DNA from: a virus
DNA: 64,000 nucleotides
Reading direction: 5' to 3' (one strand)
IMG/VR virus record: IMGVR_UViG_3300020048_000012
Part shown: positions 25,220 through 37,617 of the stretch, piece by piece
Layout: each line of letters begins with the position of its first letter
Position numbering within the stretch: position 1 is the first letter of the stretch
Position numbers and translations under genes: made by a program
Notes under the pieces: model-generated
What the model was told of the DNA's origin: nothing
The model's input: only the letters and a program-made list of their open reading frames with translations
Database searches by the model: none

Positions 25220-26038
25220 ATGAATATTTATACAACCGTTCCATTTACATATTGCATACGATGGACAGCCCATAACAAATGGTACTATGGCGTAAAGTAT
25301 TCAGATGGATGCTCTCCAAAAGATTTATGGACTACATATTTCACGAGTTCTAAATACGTAAAAGAATTTAGAACCGCGTACGGAGAACCAGATTTAATAG
25401 AAATTAGAAAAATCTTTGACTCAAAAACTGCTGCGCGCAAATGGGAAAATAAATTTTTATTAAAGACAAAAGCCGGCAAGAATCCAAATTCCTTAAACAT
25501 GGCAAACGCAGGATCGTTCGGTATCAAGATATTTAAACCAAAAAATCTTCCAGGGAATTCTGGACCCACTGCAAAAATAAATCAATTAGAAGCGCGCACC
25601 ATCGAATTGCTCAATATCAAAAAATCTTATATTAAGCAATCTAACAAAGGTCGACGGTGGGTTAATTTCAAATTCGTGTTTTTCATTTTCTTCTTAGATG
25701 AACTAGAAAGATCTGAGTTTTTGGCACACAATCCAGATTGGTCGTTCGGAAGAAATAGTCAGGAAATGAAATCTTCTATATCTAAAAAACTGACAAATGT
25801 AAGTAAACCAGTTAGATCTAAAGAACACTGTGAAAAAATTAGTAAAGCTACTAGAGGTAGTAAAAAGCCAAACTCTGGGCCAAAAAATTACATTCACTAT
25901 AATAATGGCATCGATGAAATTTTGATTCATCGGACTGACGAAATTCCGAATGGGTTTACTATTGGAAGAATTCCAGGCAAATATGGAAATGCAAAATTTG
26001 GCAGAGATATGAATATATTACGCGATATGATCAAATGA
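25220..26038 (+). CDS. Free-standing GIY-YIG-type homing endonuclease
   Basis: FTYCIRW....KWYYGVKY...YFTSSKYV; YNNG.DEI repeat; TATAAATA at 25153-25160. Confidence 0.75.
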   Translation: MNIYTTVPFTYCIRWTAHNKWYYGVKYSDGCSPKDLWTTYFTSSKYVKEFRTAYGEPDLIEIRKIFDSKTAARKWENKFLLKTKAGKNPNSLNMANAGSFGIKIFKPKNLPGNSGPTAKINQLEARTIELLNIKKSYIKQSNKGRRWVNFKFVFFIFFLDELERSEFLAHNPDWSFGRNSQEMKSSISKKLTNVSKPVRSKEHCEKISKATRGSKKPNSGPKNYIHYNNGIDEILIHRTDEIPNGFTIGRIPGKYGNAKFGRDMNILRDMIK

Positions 26039-27319
26039 ATCGGCTACATCCTGATCATATCTAAATCCAGTGAAGACTGGGAGAAACAATGACCATTCAC
26101 CTTGTTTATTCTGTATTTTTGCATTATACTTAATATTAGCAATCTTACCAATTGGAGTTGAATTCATCATGTCTTGCCGAGTTGCGTCACTTAACCCAGT
26201 TCCAACATTGACATTTACGATGCCATCAGCTGATTGACATATTAGAGCCCCGAGCATACCTTTATATTTACCAGTACCCATTTGTATAGCAGTCACTAAT
26301 AGTGACGCTTCTTCTTCACCTTTGAACTTCACTTGCTTCTTAGAGCGTTTATTCTCCCAGATCGCACTAAGATCTTTAAGAATGATACCCTCAAAACCTG
26401 CGCTCAAATATCGATTGAACAATTCTTTGGCTTCTTCAATAGTATTGACATACGCCGTTTCAACGAAATTAATCTTTGGATTAGTCGGTAAGTCGACACT
26501 AGATAATTCATCCCAACGATCGCTATAGCGCGCGTTAAATTTTCCAGCTAAGAATGCATCATACGGAATGATATCCCAGATTTGAGCTCGCACCATCTTC
26601 GCCAATTCTGGCGTGATGGTTCCTTTATTAGCCTTATTGAGAATGCCATTACCGGTCTGACGATCAGCGATAGTGCCATCTTCATTTGCCACGAGTAATT
26701 CACCGTCATACACGACATTACGACCAAGCGACAGCCTAATAAATTCATCTTCAAGATTTCCGAGCAATTGGATCTCTTTGCCATTACGAGATCTAAAAGT
26801 TACAGCACCATTCAAGACGATAGCATTAAAGCGCATGCCATCTTCTTTTTTCTGTACGATCGCAGGAAACTTAATCTTATCAACGAGTTTCTGATCAAAC
26901 GCAGAACACAGCATACATGGATAATCATGGATTAGTTCTGGCCAAACTTTGTTGAACGTTGACTCAGATGCGCCGCATTTAAGATCTTTGCCGATAATGC
27001 GTTCAATCACTTGAGCATTTTCGACTGAACAATTTTGCAAGATCCAACCAAGATGATTGATTGCTCGATTTCCAGTGATTTCTCGACTCGACAATTTTGA
27101 AAGTTCATCCATTGCTTCTGACAACGAAATGTCGGGAAAACATTTGCCTGCAGTGTAATCAGGAATCTTTCGCACATAAAATTGCGTGAATGGATCGTAC
27201 GCAAGAAATGCAACACGTTTCAAGAGTTCATTGCTCTTGTGTTTATTGAGCAAATCGATCTTAAAATTGCGTGAGTTATTCTCACTGAGTTCATTCAAAA
27301 TTTTATATACGCTAGTCAT
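26018..27319 (-). CDS. 30: ATP-dependent DNA ligase (gp30)
   Basis: KEDGMR, YDGEL, EGIILK, KFK, LFLP.F..FR.D. Confidence 0.95.
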   Translation of the reverse strand: MTSVYKILNELSENNSRNFKIDLLNKHKSNELLKRVAFLAYDPFTQFYVRKIPDYTAGKCFPDISLSEAMDELSKLSSREITGNRAINHLGWILQNCSVENAQVIERIIGKDLKCGASESTFNKVWPELIHDYPCMLCSAFDQKLVDKIKFPAIVQKKEDGMRFNAIVLNGAVTFRSRNGKEIQLLGNLEDEFIRLSLGRNVVYDGELLVANEDGTIADRQTGNGILNKANKGTITPELAKMVRAQIWDIIPYDAFLAGKFNARYSDRWDELSSVDLPTNPKINFVETAYVNTIEEAKELFNRYLSAGFEGIILKDLSAIWENKRSKKQVKFKGEEEASLLVTAIQMGTGKYKGMLGALICQSADGIVNVNVGTGLSDATRQDMMNSTPIGKIANIKYNAKIQNKQGEWSLFLPVFTGFRYDQDVADSFDHIA

Positions 27320-27559
27320 AATATTCCTTGTTCAATAAGAGTATTATACCACAAAGTCTAATTGTTGTACACCGTTTATTGAATTTTCATTATCTTTTCT
27401 AAAACGTCATGAGACTCTTTTAGATTAGATTGTTCCATTAATAATCTGTCTAAAGAATTTTCTGCTCGATTGAGAAGCCATTCGACATAGGTCATTTCTT
27501 CGTCAGTGAGGTGTCCCACCCACTGTGAGAACTCCTCATTAGTCTTGCAAAGAATGACC

Positions 27560-28027
27560 TTAAGATTTTTTTCGTGATGTTGAGCCTGCATCCTTTTTTC
27601 CTTTCACTTCTCTGAGTGCTTCGGGTAAAATGCCATTATCGACTAGTAAATCGAGCGTAATGTTTTTATATAGTTTCGTCAATTCTTGATCTTTTACAGC
27701 AAGCAATACTTTTGCTTCATCGGGGTGAATGTTTTCAAGCAATTGGACGAAAAGTGCTTCACGGCGTGGTTGAGCCAATTCTTTTTGTGGAGTGAAGATA
27801 TAAAATCTTCGAAACTCTTGTACAAAATTGCCAGGAGACATTCCTAATGGAGCTGCATCTTTCTTAAATGGTGGTTCACCTTCGGGCAATGCAAATTTGA
27901 TAGACGGATCGAATGCATATTGCATCAAAATACGAAGAGCGCTATGCCCTTTATATTGAACAATAAGGTTAGGATCTTCGTTGATCTCATTCAAGATTTC
28001 AGTGATAAATTTTCTATTCGCGACCAT
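27560..28027 (-). CDS. Hypothetical protein of a kind often seen near the ligase in T4-like phages
   Basis: AFDPSIKFALPEGEPP...RREALFVQLLE.IHP.EA. Confidence 0.8.
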   Translation of the reverse strand: MVANRKFITEILNEINEDPNLIVQYKGHSALRILMQYAFDPSIKFALPEGEPPFKKDAAPLGMSPGNFVQEFRRFYIFTPQKELAQPRREALFVQLLENIHPDEAKVLLAVKDQELTKLYKNITLDLLVDNGILPEALREVKGKKDAGSTSRKKS

Positions 28028-28065
28028 AATGTTTCTTTCTTTAAACTATTTAATATGTATATGAT

Positions 28066-28959
28066 TTAAAAGTCTTCCAGAGAATTCAACAACTCGCGGC
28101 ATCGATGTTTAATCAAATAGTTCATAATCGCAGTCTTATCTTTCTTCACAGTCATATTTTGATATGTCGTAATGATTTCTTGTTTTAGATCGACTGGAAT
28201 ATGTTTGAAGTCGATAAGCTTTTCGTTACGATGCCAGTTACGGCGTTCTTCATCAGTCCTACATGCAGCAAAGCCAAGCTCAACAAATTCGGCAAGGCGC
28301 TTAGCAGACACCGGTTTTTGACGAACACCTTCTTGAAGGAAGATATTGTCCGGGCTTAAGATAGAAGGAATGCCATCGTCACCAGCTTTAACAATATGTT
28401 GAATGTGACCATTTGTCATATAGTCTCTTTCGCGAGGGATAAGTTTCTTAGTCTTTGTTGACCATTGTTTGACATTATCAAAGCGATGCAGTTGCTTAAA
28501 GTCGTGGTCAGATGAAATGATAAGAACATCTTGTGGTTCTTCGATTAATCCAATTGATCTAAACTCGTTGTCTTGAGTATATTCAGCGAGCACAGCAATG
28601 ATGTCATCGGCTTCAGCTTTATCAACACCAATGACTTTGTATGGAAAGTGCTCGGCTAAATCAAGTTTCAATTGATTGATAGTTTCAAAGATTAGATGAA
28701 ATGGAAGACCAGATTCTTCGCGAGCTTTCTTACGACCTGCTTTGTAATATTGAAAATAGTCACGACGCCAGTAATTGCGAGCGTCACATGTAATCACAAT
28801 ATTGCCATATTGCTTGCCATATTTTTTCTTATAAGATTGAAGCATGCTAAGAACGATGTGACGAATCAGATCGACAATCTTTTCATCGCCACCTCGTAGT
28901 TCACGCTGGAATGAAAGAATCGCATTTAGCGATGTTTGGGAATAGTCAACGAGTATAAT
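28066..28959 (-). CDS. rnh: RNase H / 5'-3' exonuclease, apparent AUU start
   Basis: ILVD.SQ, YWRRDYF.YYKA.R, EADDII, ISSD.DFKQL, GDDGIP; GGAG-7nt-ATT. Confidence 0.93.
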   Translation of the reverse strand: MILVDYSQTSLNAILSFQRELRGGDEKIVDLIRHIVLSMLQSYKKKYGKQYGNIVITCDARNYWRRDYFQYYKAGRKKAREESGLPFHLIFETINQLKLDLAEHFPYKVIGVDKAEADDIIAVLAEYTQDNEFRSIGLIEEPQDVLIISSDHDFKQLHRFDNVKQWSTKTKKLIPRERDYMTNGHIQHIVKAGDDGIPSILSPDNIFLQEGVRQKPVSAKRLAEFVELGFAACRTDEERRNWHRNEKLIDFKHIPVDLKQEIITTYQNMTVKKDKTAIMNYLIKHRCRELLNSLEDF

Positions 28960-28960
28960 T

Positions 28961-29362
28961 TTATTTCTCCTGTGTGAACAAACGGGCGATATCATAATCA
29001 AAGCGATCATGCATTCGCTGCAGGACTTCTTCAGGAACGCTATGAACATTCCCAAAAGAGTTTTGACAAACAATGACAGTTGGAACAATGTCGAAGTTTT
29101 TAGCGATATCGAAATATGGTTTCAATTCTTTTTTAGTCGTAAATGTATTTGATACAACGACATTCATACCCATCGATAGATATTTTTTGGTTTCTTCGCG
29201 ACACCATGTATGAGCTTCGTTTAATTTACTAAGATTGAAGTTGTAATCTTGTCCCCAAAACATATCAGTTTCAAGATGAACTGTGATTTGAGGTTTAGCA
29301 AGACTTTTTGCCAGAGTTGATTTGCCTGAACCTGGAAGGCCACGAATAATAATTAATTTCAT
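28961..29362 (-). CDS. P-loop kinase (AAA_33 / Pnk-like)
   Basis: IIRGLPGSGKST, VVVSNTF, HSVPEEV..RM. Confidence 0.85.
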   Translation of the reverse strand: MKLIIIRGLPGSGKSTLAKSLAKPQITVHLETDMFWGQDYNFNLSKLNEAHTWCREETKKYLSMGMNVVVSNTFTTKKELKPYFDIAKNFDIVPTVIVCQNSFGNVHSVPEEVLQRMHDRFDYDIARLFTQEK

Positions 29363-29407
29363 ATGTTTATTATACCATAAGTGCGAATTAATGTACACCT
29401 AAAACGC

Positions 29408-29438
29408 AAAAAGACTTGAACGAAGTCAAGTCTTTTTT
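29408..29438. terminator. Bidirectional intrinsic terminator
   Basis: AAAAAGACTTGA/TCAAGTCTTTTT. Confidence 0.8.
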
Positions 29439-29452
29439 CAATTGGATATTTG

Positions 29453-29713
29453 TCAATCTTTGTTATCGATGATAGTGATGTATAGAGACTCGAGTTCAGC
29501 CATCTCGGCTTGCTCTGTCTGGAAGTTCTGCTTGTAGTAGATACGAGCCATCTTCTTTAGATCTTTCTTCGACAATTCAAATTCATCGGCAATCGATTTG
29601 ACGGCCTCATTGATAAAGTCTCGTTCACCTGCAATGCGAGTCATAGAATCGCTAATTTCGATAATTGCATCTTTAATCTTTTTACGATCTGCTGGGCTGC
29701 TAATTTGTGCCAT
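29453..29713 (-). CDS. dsbA: dsDNA-binding protein DsbA
   Basis: KIKDAI.EISDSMTRI..ERDFI...KMARIYYKQNF; next to rnh as in T4. Confidence 0.85.
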   Translation of the reverse strand: MAQISSPADRKKIKDAIIEISDSMTRIAGERDFINEAVKSIADEFELSKKDLKKMARIYYKQNFQTEQAEMAELESLYITIIDNKD

Positions 29714-29714
29714 A

Positions 29715-29951
29715 TTACGCTTTCAAAGTTGTATAATTAAAAGAACGCCATTCATTTTTATCAAGGTCGAATGCCTTAATATTATCACTTTCATCTTGTG
29801 GCGTATCACTTGTTTTAGGATGAAAGTCGATTGGAATAAGATTTCCATTTCGAGTGCAGCGCATCGTGCGATCAGTTCCATCTTTCTTTGCGAAAGTCAC
29901 TGTCACTTCACCTGCACGCATTGCTTCTACTAATTCAATTTTAGTCATCAT
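29715..29951 (-). CDS. SH3/WYL-like beta-barrel protein
   Basis: VTVTF.KKDGT.RTMRCT...FDLDK.EWRSF. Confidence 0.75.
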   Translation of the reverse strand: MMTKIELVEAMRAGEVTVTFAKKDGTDRTMRCTRNGNLIPIDFHPKTSDTPQDESDNIKAFDLDKNEWRSFNYTTLKA

Positions 29952-30706
29952 ATATCCTTATTCAAATTTACGAATTACATCGACTTTGATAATTTCCTGA
30001 CCGCGAGCATATGATTTTGCAGTCGATTCAGATGGAAATACTTTACTAGTCGCATAACCCAATTCACGATTAAATTCATCTAACACCATGAATCCAACTT
30101 TAAGTCCAATAGTTTTGCTAATGCTCATTGCATCTTCTGTTGTGACTTTAGCTCTAAGTAGTGCTGGCAATTGACGATCTCCTTGCATTGTATTTCCAGT
30201 TAAAAATTAATTATATCAAAGATACGATTATTTTGCAATCAAATTTTGTAAGACGAAGTGATTGAATTGAATTGATGCTTCCATGACCAAACATCTTGCA
30301 CATAGCACTTAAAGTCATGCATGCTAAGATCGACTTCACTATCTATAGTCCATTCCATCATTGCAATTGCTTCATTGTAAGAATCGACAAAACTGACTGG
30401 TCGCAATACGTTGACTACATGATTAATATCAGCGCCCTTTTTAGCGCTTTTCAAGAGTTTTGACAACTCTTTTACCATTGTTTCTCGATATGCGACCATA
30501 GCCTCGTCGTATTCGATAACATGTTTTTCGCGATTTGTTTTCAATTGCGTAAGAAGATCCGATACTGCTACTTTAATATTTTCCATCATTTATCCTTTAG
30601 GTTCATACAATCGCACGTGCGACCTTGATTACATTTTTGATTGCACGCACTCTTTGGTGGAGGCGTGAACAATCGAATAAGAAACAGTCTTAGTCGATTA
30701 AGCATT

Positions 30707-31510
30707 TTATTTGCCAATCATAAGACCTGTCATTGTGCTTGGAATGATAATAGTTTGCACTTTACCATTCTTAACACCTTCAGAGATATTCAAGGCTGCT
30801 TGGGCATTCATGTAAGCAATCGACTGAGTTGAATTAGAACTCAAAGCTGCCATGCGTTCAGATTCTTTCTTAGCAATTGCAACTTCTGTTTCTTTAATTC
30901 GTAGATCATTTTGTGATTTGACATATGCAGTCGCTGAAGCCATGATTTCTGCATTTGGAAGAATATTACGAATTTGCACAACCGTCAACGTAATAGCAGT
31001 GTCGAGTTTTTCTACCTTCAATTGTTCATTGACAGCATTTCGAATGCTGACCTCAATGTTGGCGCGATTATCAGAAACTTCTAGTGACTTATATTCACGA
31101 ATTGTTTTATATGCAGCGTTATTTACTAATGTAGTAACGTAATGATACATCAGGTAAGTATCACCTTCCTTTTCGTCATATGCGTGGAAACTCTTAGACT
31201 TTGTCGTATACAGTTCGGACACACTTGTTGGATTAATGCCATACACAACCGTAATGTCAAAGTCTGCAAGAGCGGAGTTGTCAGATGTCATTGGAGTTTT
31301 ATTCTCCAGCGTCAAGGAAATATCCTTTGTTGGGAATGTCAACACATCACCGAGCATCGTTTGATTCCAAGAGCCGGGCATCAGTTCCGCTCCCTGGACT
31401 TCTTTGGAAGTATTGACTCGAACACCGACTTCGCCGGTGGTAATACGAGTACACCCAGTAGAGATTGCGATAGCTGCGACAAGGAGAGAAAGTTTAAAAA
31501 TAGATTTCAT
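30707..31510 (-). CDS. SPFH/band-7 lipoprotein
   Basis: Lipobox-like ISTGC, I.TGEVGVRV, C-terminal coiled coil. Confidence 0.8.
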   Translation of the reverse strand: MKSIFKLSLLVAAIAISTGCTRITTGEVGVRVNTSKEVQGAELMPGSWNQTMLGDVLTFPTKDISLTLENKTPMTSDNSALADFDITVVYGINPTSVSELYTTKSKSFHAYDEKEGDTYLMYHYVTTLVNNAAYKTIREYKSLEVSDNRANIEVSIRNAVNEQLKVEKLDTAITLTVVQIRNILPNAEIMASATAYVKSQNDLRIKETEVAIAKKESERMAALSSNSTQSIAYMNAQAALNISEGVKNGKVQTIIIPSTMTGLMIGK

Positions 31511-33651
31511 GATTTAAAATAAAGTTACAAAAACAAACAAAATAACGACAGTAATAATAGCAACGGCTCCAGCATTAAGAATCATCTTAATTGCATGCCA
31601 TTTTTCACCCGAACTCAAGTACTGCCATGACGCAATACCAACAATAAGAATTGACCAAAGAATAAAGAATACAAAAATCATTTTCGCCATTAGTTATCCT
31701 CCGTCTCCCATTCAGTTGCACAAAATGCGAGACGTAATTGCAATTGATTGTCTTCACCGAAATAAGCAGTGGCGTCAAATCCACCAGATCTATTGTAATA
31801 GCTACCTTCACCACCAATTGACACGCCTTCACATGCACCATTTAATAGATCACGTGTCATTTCTTTCATTTGATCAATGTTAGGAAAATAGGATTCTCCA
31901 AATGGAGTCGACCAATGCCAACCGAGCGCCAACATGACTTTTTCGACTTTTTTGAAGTCAAAATTGTCAATAGTCGTTTCAATCTTTTCTTTGTATTTCA
32001 TATATTACCAAGTCCTGTGTTTTTCTGCAATTATTTCATATCCATTGTGTTCAACTATACCCCATTTGACATCGTCTGGTATTTCAATGACTTGAAGTTT
32101 TGAGAAGTCGCCATTCGCTTTAGCTCCAAGCTCTTCAACAGCTTGAACTAAGGCGCTATCATCTCGCGAAAACAAGTATTCATTCAATTCTATATTAATA
32201 CGATCGGCTTGATTCAGATGATCGTATGGCGCCGTGTAATAATAGTAAAACCCATTTTCTTTATGAAAGAAGATTGACATCTGTTTGAGTTCACATATAC
32301 GAAGAACCGCCTCATGTGATAACCCATAACCACCATAGCGTCGATTCACAACGACTTTTGTCATCAGTATTTCCTCAGGCCAAGAAGAAGGTCAACGCTG
32401 GTGCCGTAAAATGGCAACTTAACTGGTTTACATTCACGATCAATTGCGCATACTTGCACGTAAAGATCTCGATCGTCTTGCACTGTGTACACATCAACTT
32501 TACTCCCCTTAGGAATCATATTACCATTTGACGAAACGTACATGCTCAGAGTACCAGAGCAAAAATCTAAAGTAGTGATCATATAATTCCTTGTTTTGAT
32601 AAAATCATTATACCATAAAGTCTAATTATTGTACACCATTTTTTGAACTAATGATAGAATAAATGAACCAAATAATCAAAACAGTGATCACTGGAGCAAA
32701 GAACATGAATGCGATGAGTGCGCTTACCGTCTTGCTTCTAACCATAATAGCGTATATGTATGATTGAACGCATGCGTATAAGAGATATAATGTAATAGTC
32801 ATTTGTTATTATGTTTTCTAATTAGAACGCCAATTTCTTTAGCTGCGATCTTTGCCTCCATGTGCAATACTCGCTTATTGACATTGAATATATCAATGCC
32901 ATTTTCGTCCATTCGTAAGATAACTTGCTTTGCTTTATCTAAAGGAAGCGCAAGAAGTTCTGCGATTTGTTCAATCATATTTGATATTAAATTCTTCTTT
33001 GAGAAATGCCACCATTTCATCACGATCATACCAATCTCCCATATATTCGACTTCTCCATCGAAGCGATATACTGTGACAGTGATAAGACCATCATTGTTT
33101 TTAACTGACAATGCAGTGTAAGGTCCAAACATATTAATGCACTTCAGTTTTCGTGGTAAAGGTGTGTAAAACATATGTCAATGAACCTTAGTATCCATGT
33201 TAACGACAAATTCATCAGTCGCTTTTTCAATAAAAGCAACTAGTTCTTCTATCAATTCTGGCGACGCAGAACTATATTGCATGGAATTTAGCGCCGCGCG
33301 AAGTTGAGTAATTACAACCAAATCAATATACATCGAGTACGCCTAAAGAATTGGCATTGACTTCTTACCAAGTTCGACGATCTTCTCCAGATCATTTGGA
33401 TCTAGATCAGTTTCATCGAACCAAACGAACGTGCCTGGGAGAACACCAACTGGACCTTTCCACATCGTCATGCTTCCATCGGCATAGACTTTAAAAAGTC
33501 CGATCGACGTATCGACAATGACGCTGCGCATAGGTTTAACTGAATAGAGTTTCATGGTTTCATCACATACATAAAGTAGTAGGCAAATGGAGCTCCAATG
33601 AGAACAGCCATAACGAGAGCTTGCGAGAGATCTTTAGAAAAACTTTTCATA

Positions 33652-33879
33652 TTACTTAGCCAACTTGGTGTAAACACGGCCACCTTTGAAAGGAGCCAAC
33701 TTCACAGGAGTAACAAAAGCAGAGAAGTCAAACTTTGCACCAGACTCAGACACGTTCTTTGCAGGACGACCACGGCCGCGCTTGACAGTAGTAGGAACCA
33801 CGCCTGTTTCAGCAACTTCACCGGAATAAAATCCTTTAGTTGCGTTATGACGAAGACCGGTAGAAGTAGTAGTGATCAT
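33652..33879 (-). CDS. Small AT-hook-containing protein
   Basis: KRGRGRP motif. Confidence 0.6.
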   Translation of the reverse strand: MITTTSTGLRHNATKGFYSGEVAETGVVPTTVKRGRGRPAKNVSESGAKFDFSAFVTPVKLAPFKGGRVYTKLAK

Positions 33880-34021
33880 TTAATGGTTCCTTTTGATTTG
33901 ATAGATCTATTATACCATAGGATCTAATTAATGTACACAACTTTATGCACTTTTTTGAACTATTTTCGGTGATGTATGAGCATCAAGATCATTTAAGTGT
34001 GTAACTACCGGCGAAGAGCAG

Positions 34022-34071
34022 GAACAATGACGTACGTCACTATTGATGCTCTAAGTTGTTGATTTATATGG
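34022..34071 (-). repeat. IHF-site/palindrome repeat, copy 3
   Basis: Same motif. Confidence 0.85.
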
Positions 34072-37068
34072 GTCATCTTTACTAAAAACGACACCAGGTT
34101 CGCGTCCGACATAATACTTATCATCGGGTATTGCAATAACCATTACTTCTTCTTCACCATTAATTGACATGCAATATGGATCAAATGGATTTGCACATTT
34201 AATAATTGCACATCTAGTATCTTCGCCAGCTTCAAATCTATCTAATTTAGATAATAAAGTCAATAGATTGCGCCGTGAAAGATATAATCTATTTTCGGCA
34301 TGCATTAGAGGTATCCTAACACCGATCCAAGTGGTGCTAGAAACACACCGATAATACGCAAGACAATCATACCCGTGATATTACTAAAATCGAAATTACT
34401 ATGAGCAATAGCAACAATATTAAGCACCCAGCCCAATATGCATGCAATAATAATTGCAAAACCAAGTAAAACCGCAATAAGACTAGAATTTGTTTTCATG
34501 ATTTAATATATTTTGAAGAATCGATATTTTTAATATCGACTATTGTCATTTTGTATTCAGGGAGATCTTTAATTTGTTCTAGAAAGTTATCTAGAATCCG
34601 GTGCATATACGACGATAGCCCTTCTTCCGCATTCAGACATACGTATGTACTACCTGAAAAATTCTCGAATTCATAACGATTTTCATATTTCTTTACATTT
34701 GTTACGCCCGATGATAACTTCCAAGAGTCAGCGCCTGCAAATCCACCAAACCAACCTGCAAATACTTTATATGTCGTCTCAATGCCATTACTAGTTTCTA
34801 GTAAGATCCATTTGTCTGGGTAATACGTCGACATTCAATTTCCTTAAAATTTATGCCATCGGAGAATTGATGGTATTTTCTTTTTGTAACTTCCATTGAT
34901 GATTCGATATGCGCGTCTTCATTGTCATCGCCTGTCGACTTATCATTGTCCCCATTTCTGGGATCCATCCACGTCTACGGCATGTCATGATCTCTGACTT
35001 TATCGTTAGAATCTTTTTGGACTTACGAATTTTCATCGTTAATTGAATTTTCATCATTCGATGATATTGTCGAAGAGCCATCTGATAACTGAATTTTCGA
35101 AAAGACCGCAATGTTTTAGACTTGCTTGTCTGACGCGACCAGATACGAAGACGTTTAATTGGCAGTCGTTTCAGCCAATGTCCCAAGCGAGTTCTCAATC
35201 GTCTTGCGTGAATTTGCGAAAAATCCATAATTGTTCTATATCAAAGCTTTTGTTCTTCTAGCGAAGTGAAAAAATTCTTTTTCTTCAATTCAATAGGCCA
35301 ACTAGAGCTATATTCATTTTCTTTGTCTAGCATTGAAATTGCTTCTACTTCACTTACAACTCGGTGACCCACAATTTGTTCTCCAAGATATTCCTGGCTG
35401 AATTCTTTAGCGGCTTCCATAGTCACAGTGTCAAGAGCCCATTCAGTTTTACCCTTGGGGACTTCTACAGCGTATCGCACGCGGTACGTCATGATCGTAT
35501 CTACCATGACAAGTTCGGTTTCTGTCTCATCTTTGACTACAGTCGGCCAAGATTCCAAAGACTTTACCATTTGATCAATTGCATTAGGTTGGATTTTATC
35601 CAATTGTTCTTGCTTCATGAGTTCAACGAATTTTTCAAACTCCTGCGAATAGTTGCACGACCAATCAATATTTCCTTCACCAGGACCCCACGGTTCATCG
35701 CCCCAAAAACAAAACCCAGCTTGCTCAGCAAGTTCTTTAACGCGCTTTTCCATAATTTTTCCTTAAAATTTACTCATTTGAATACTGCCATGCATGCCTT
35801 AAAATCTTCGTTGGCACCTTTACCAAGTTCCATGTTTTCGTCTATCCATGTAGTCTTAAGACTTCCATCTTTGAGGGTTTCATATTGCACTTCGTTAATC
35901 ACCGTCCATGGACCACCCATACGATTACCTGGATTCTGGTCGTGGTGAACATCTTGAGATCCGCCAAGGTCAAGTTTACTAACGTGCGAACCTGAACAAC
36001 CAGCAATGAAGTGAATCTGATCATTTGGTTTCCGGCAAATTACAACGGTTCCAGATTTCCACTCATTCGCAATTTCTTTGATAGTGACTTTACTTTTACC
36101 CATCAGACATTGCGATGCAGGAAGAATAGCCCAAGAATTAGAGAATTTCATGTAAGTCCTTTTGATTTGATGATTTATTATACCATAAAATCTAATTATT
36201 GTACATAGTTAAATCGCGCTGCGAACTTTTCAGCGTCAGAGCGAAGACGGTATTCGCGCACTTTTGTAGTAACCCAATATGATTCTTGACGTATGCTGTC
36301 AAACTTAAATTCTCTAACTAGCACAACATGCATTGGATGAGCGGCTGTAGCTGGCCTGATATGTGCTTCAATTTTATTAGTCATCATAATTCCTTACTTT
36401 GAGCTTTTATCTTTGATTATTTTCAATTGTTCTGGCGTTAGTTTAAATAAGGCGACCCATTTCCCATCAATATTTTTGCACAAAAACCCAACGCTAGATA
36501 TTTTGTACATTTTAATATACTCGTTTGATAAAGTCAACTGGAGCATTTGAGTACGTGACCTTACGAAATTGGCACCACGCGTATTCTTCACTTGGAGCAA
36601 TCAACGAGATTATAACGTCATTGCCCTTAAAGTCGTACGTGTAAAAATCGTACCGATGTTCAGTAACTTTATTCATAGTCAAATTGCTTTAAGAAGAGTT
36701 GCGCCAACATTCCATTTGCCATTCGAACCGGCATCAACCTCAATCATTTTCACTTTAATCTTTGTAATCACGCCAACGATAGGATGACCACGTTTAGAAT
36801 CCCATTTCACAGATTGGCCAATCTGAAACTGACGAGTTGCCATTTTGACACGAGCACCGACGCGGCTCTTAATCAGTGCAACGATGGTCGCATTAAGAGC
36901 TCGGAGTTCGCTTTCAGAAAGCTTAGAGAGGAGTGCAATGTCAGTCATTTCGATTCCTTTTGATTTGATGGTTTATTATACCACTAAATCTAATTAATGT
37001 ACACCGTTATTTACAGCCTTCAGGATGACTCAAGAGGCTTTACGCGGGTGGATACTCACTTATGGCAT

Positions 37069-37119
37069 GAACAATGACGTACGCCACTATTGGCGCTCTA
37101 AGTTGTTGATTTATATAGG
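37069..37119 (-). repeat. IHF-site/palindrome repeat, copy 4
   Basis: Same motif. Confidence 0.85.
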
Positions 37120-37617
37120 TCATTTATAGAAAAAATCTATATGGTCTTCAAGATCTTTATCTCTATGCCCAAGAATACTTAATGCTGCACATAATTCATG
37201 GACTCTAAATCCGTACAAGTTCATACAATGAACAAAATGATCACTTTGGGACTCTAGCATGTCGCTATCATCGTCCAGAATCACATAATTATGAACATTA
37301 GTCTGCGAATCAAGCCATTCTTGGATTTCATCGCCACGGCATGAGCCATATCCACCACGACCTGTCAATCCAATGATTGGCGCATCCCATCCATAACCCT
37401 TGAAGATTTCAATCATATCTTCAACGGTGCGACCAATTCTCCACGTTGAGGAGATGACAATCTTTGCTTCAGTTTTATCACATAATCTTTTAAGCAATCC
37501 AATAGCGCTTAGATCTAAACGCTGAGGATGTTCATTAGAACGCCCTAAAGCGTGATAGGCGACAGTACTACTGACAGAGTTCAGCACTCCGTCGATGTCA
37601 AGCATAATTACATTCAT
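37120..37617 (-). CDS. HAD-superfamily phosphatase (RNA-repair 'Swiss-army-knife' type)
   Basis: MLDIDGVLNS, IVISSTWR, RGDEI..WL, YVILDDDSDM. Confidence 0.85.
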   Translation of the reverse strand: MNVIMLDIDGVLNSVSSTVAYHALGRSNEHPQRLDLSAIGLLKRLCDKTEAKIVISSTWRIGRTVEDMIEIFKGYGWDAPIIGLTGRGGYGSCRGDEIQEWLDSQTNVHNYVILDDDSDMLESQSDHFVHCMNLYGFRVHELCAALSILGHRDKDLEDHIDFFYK

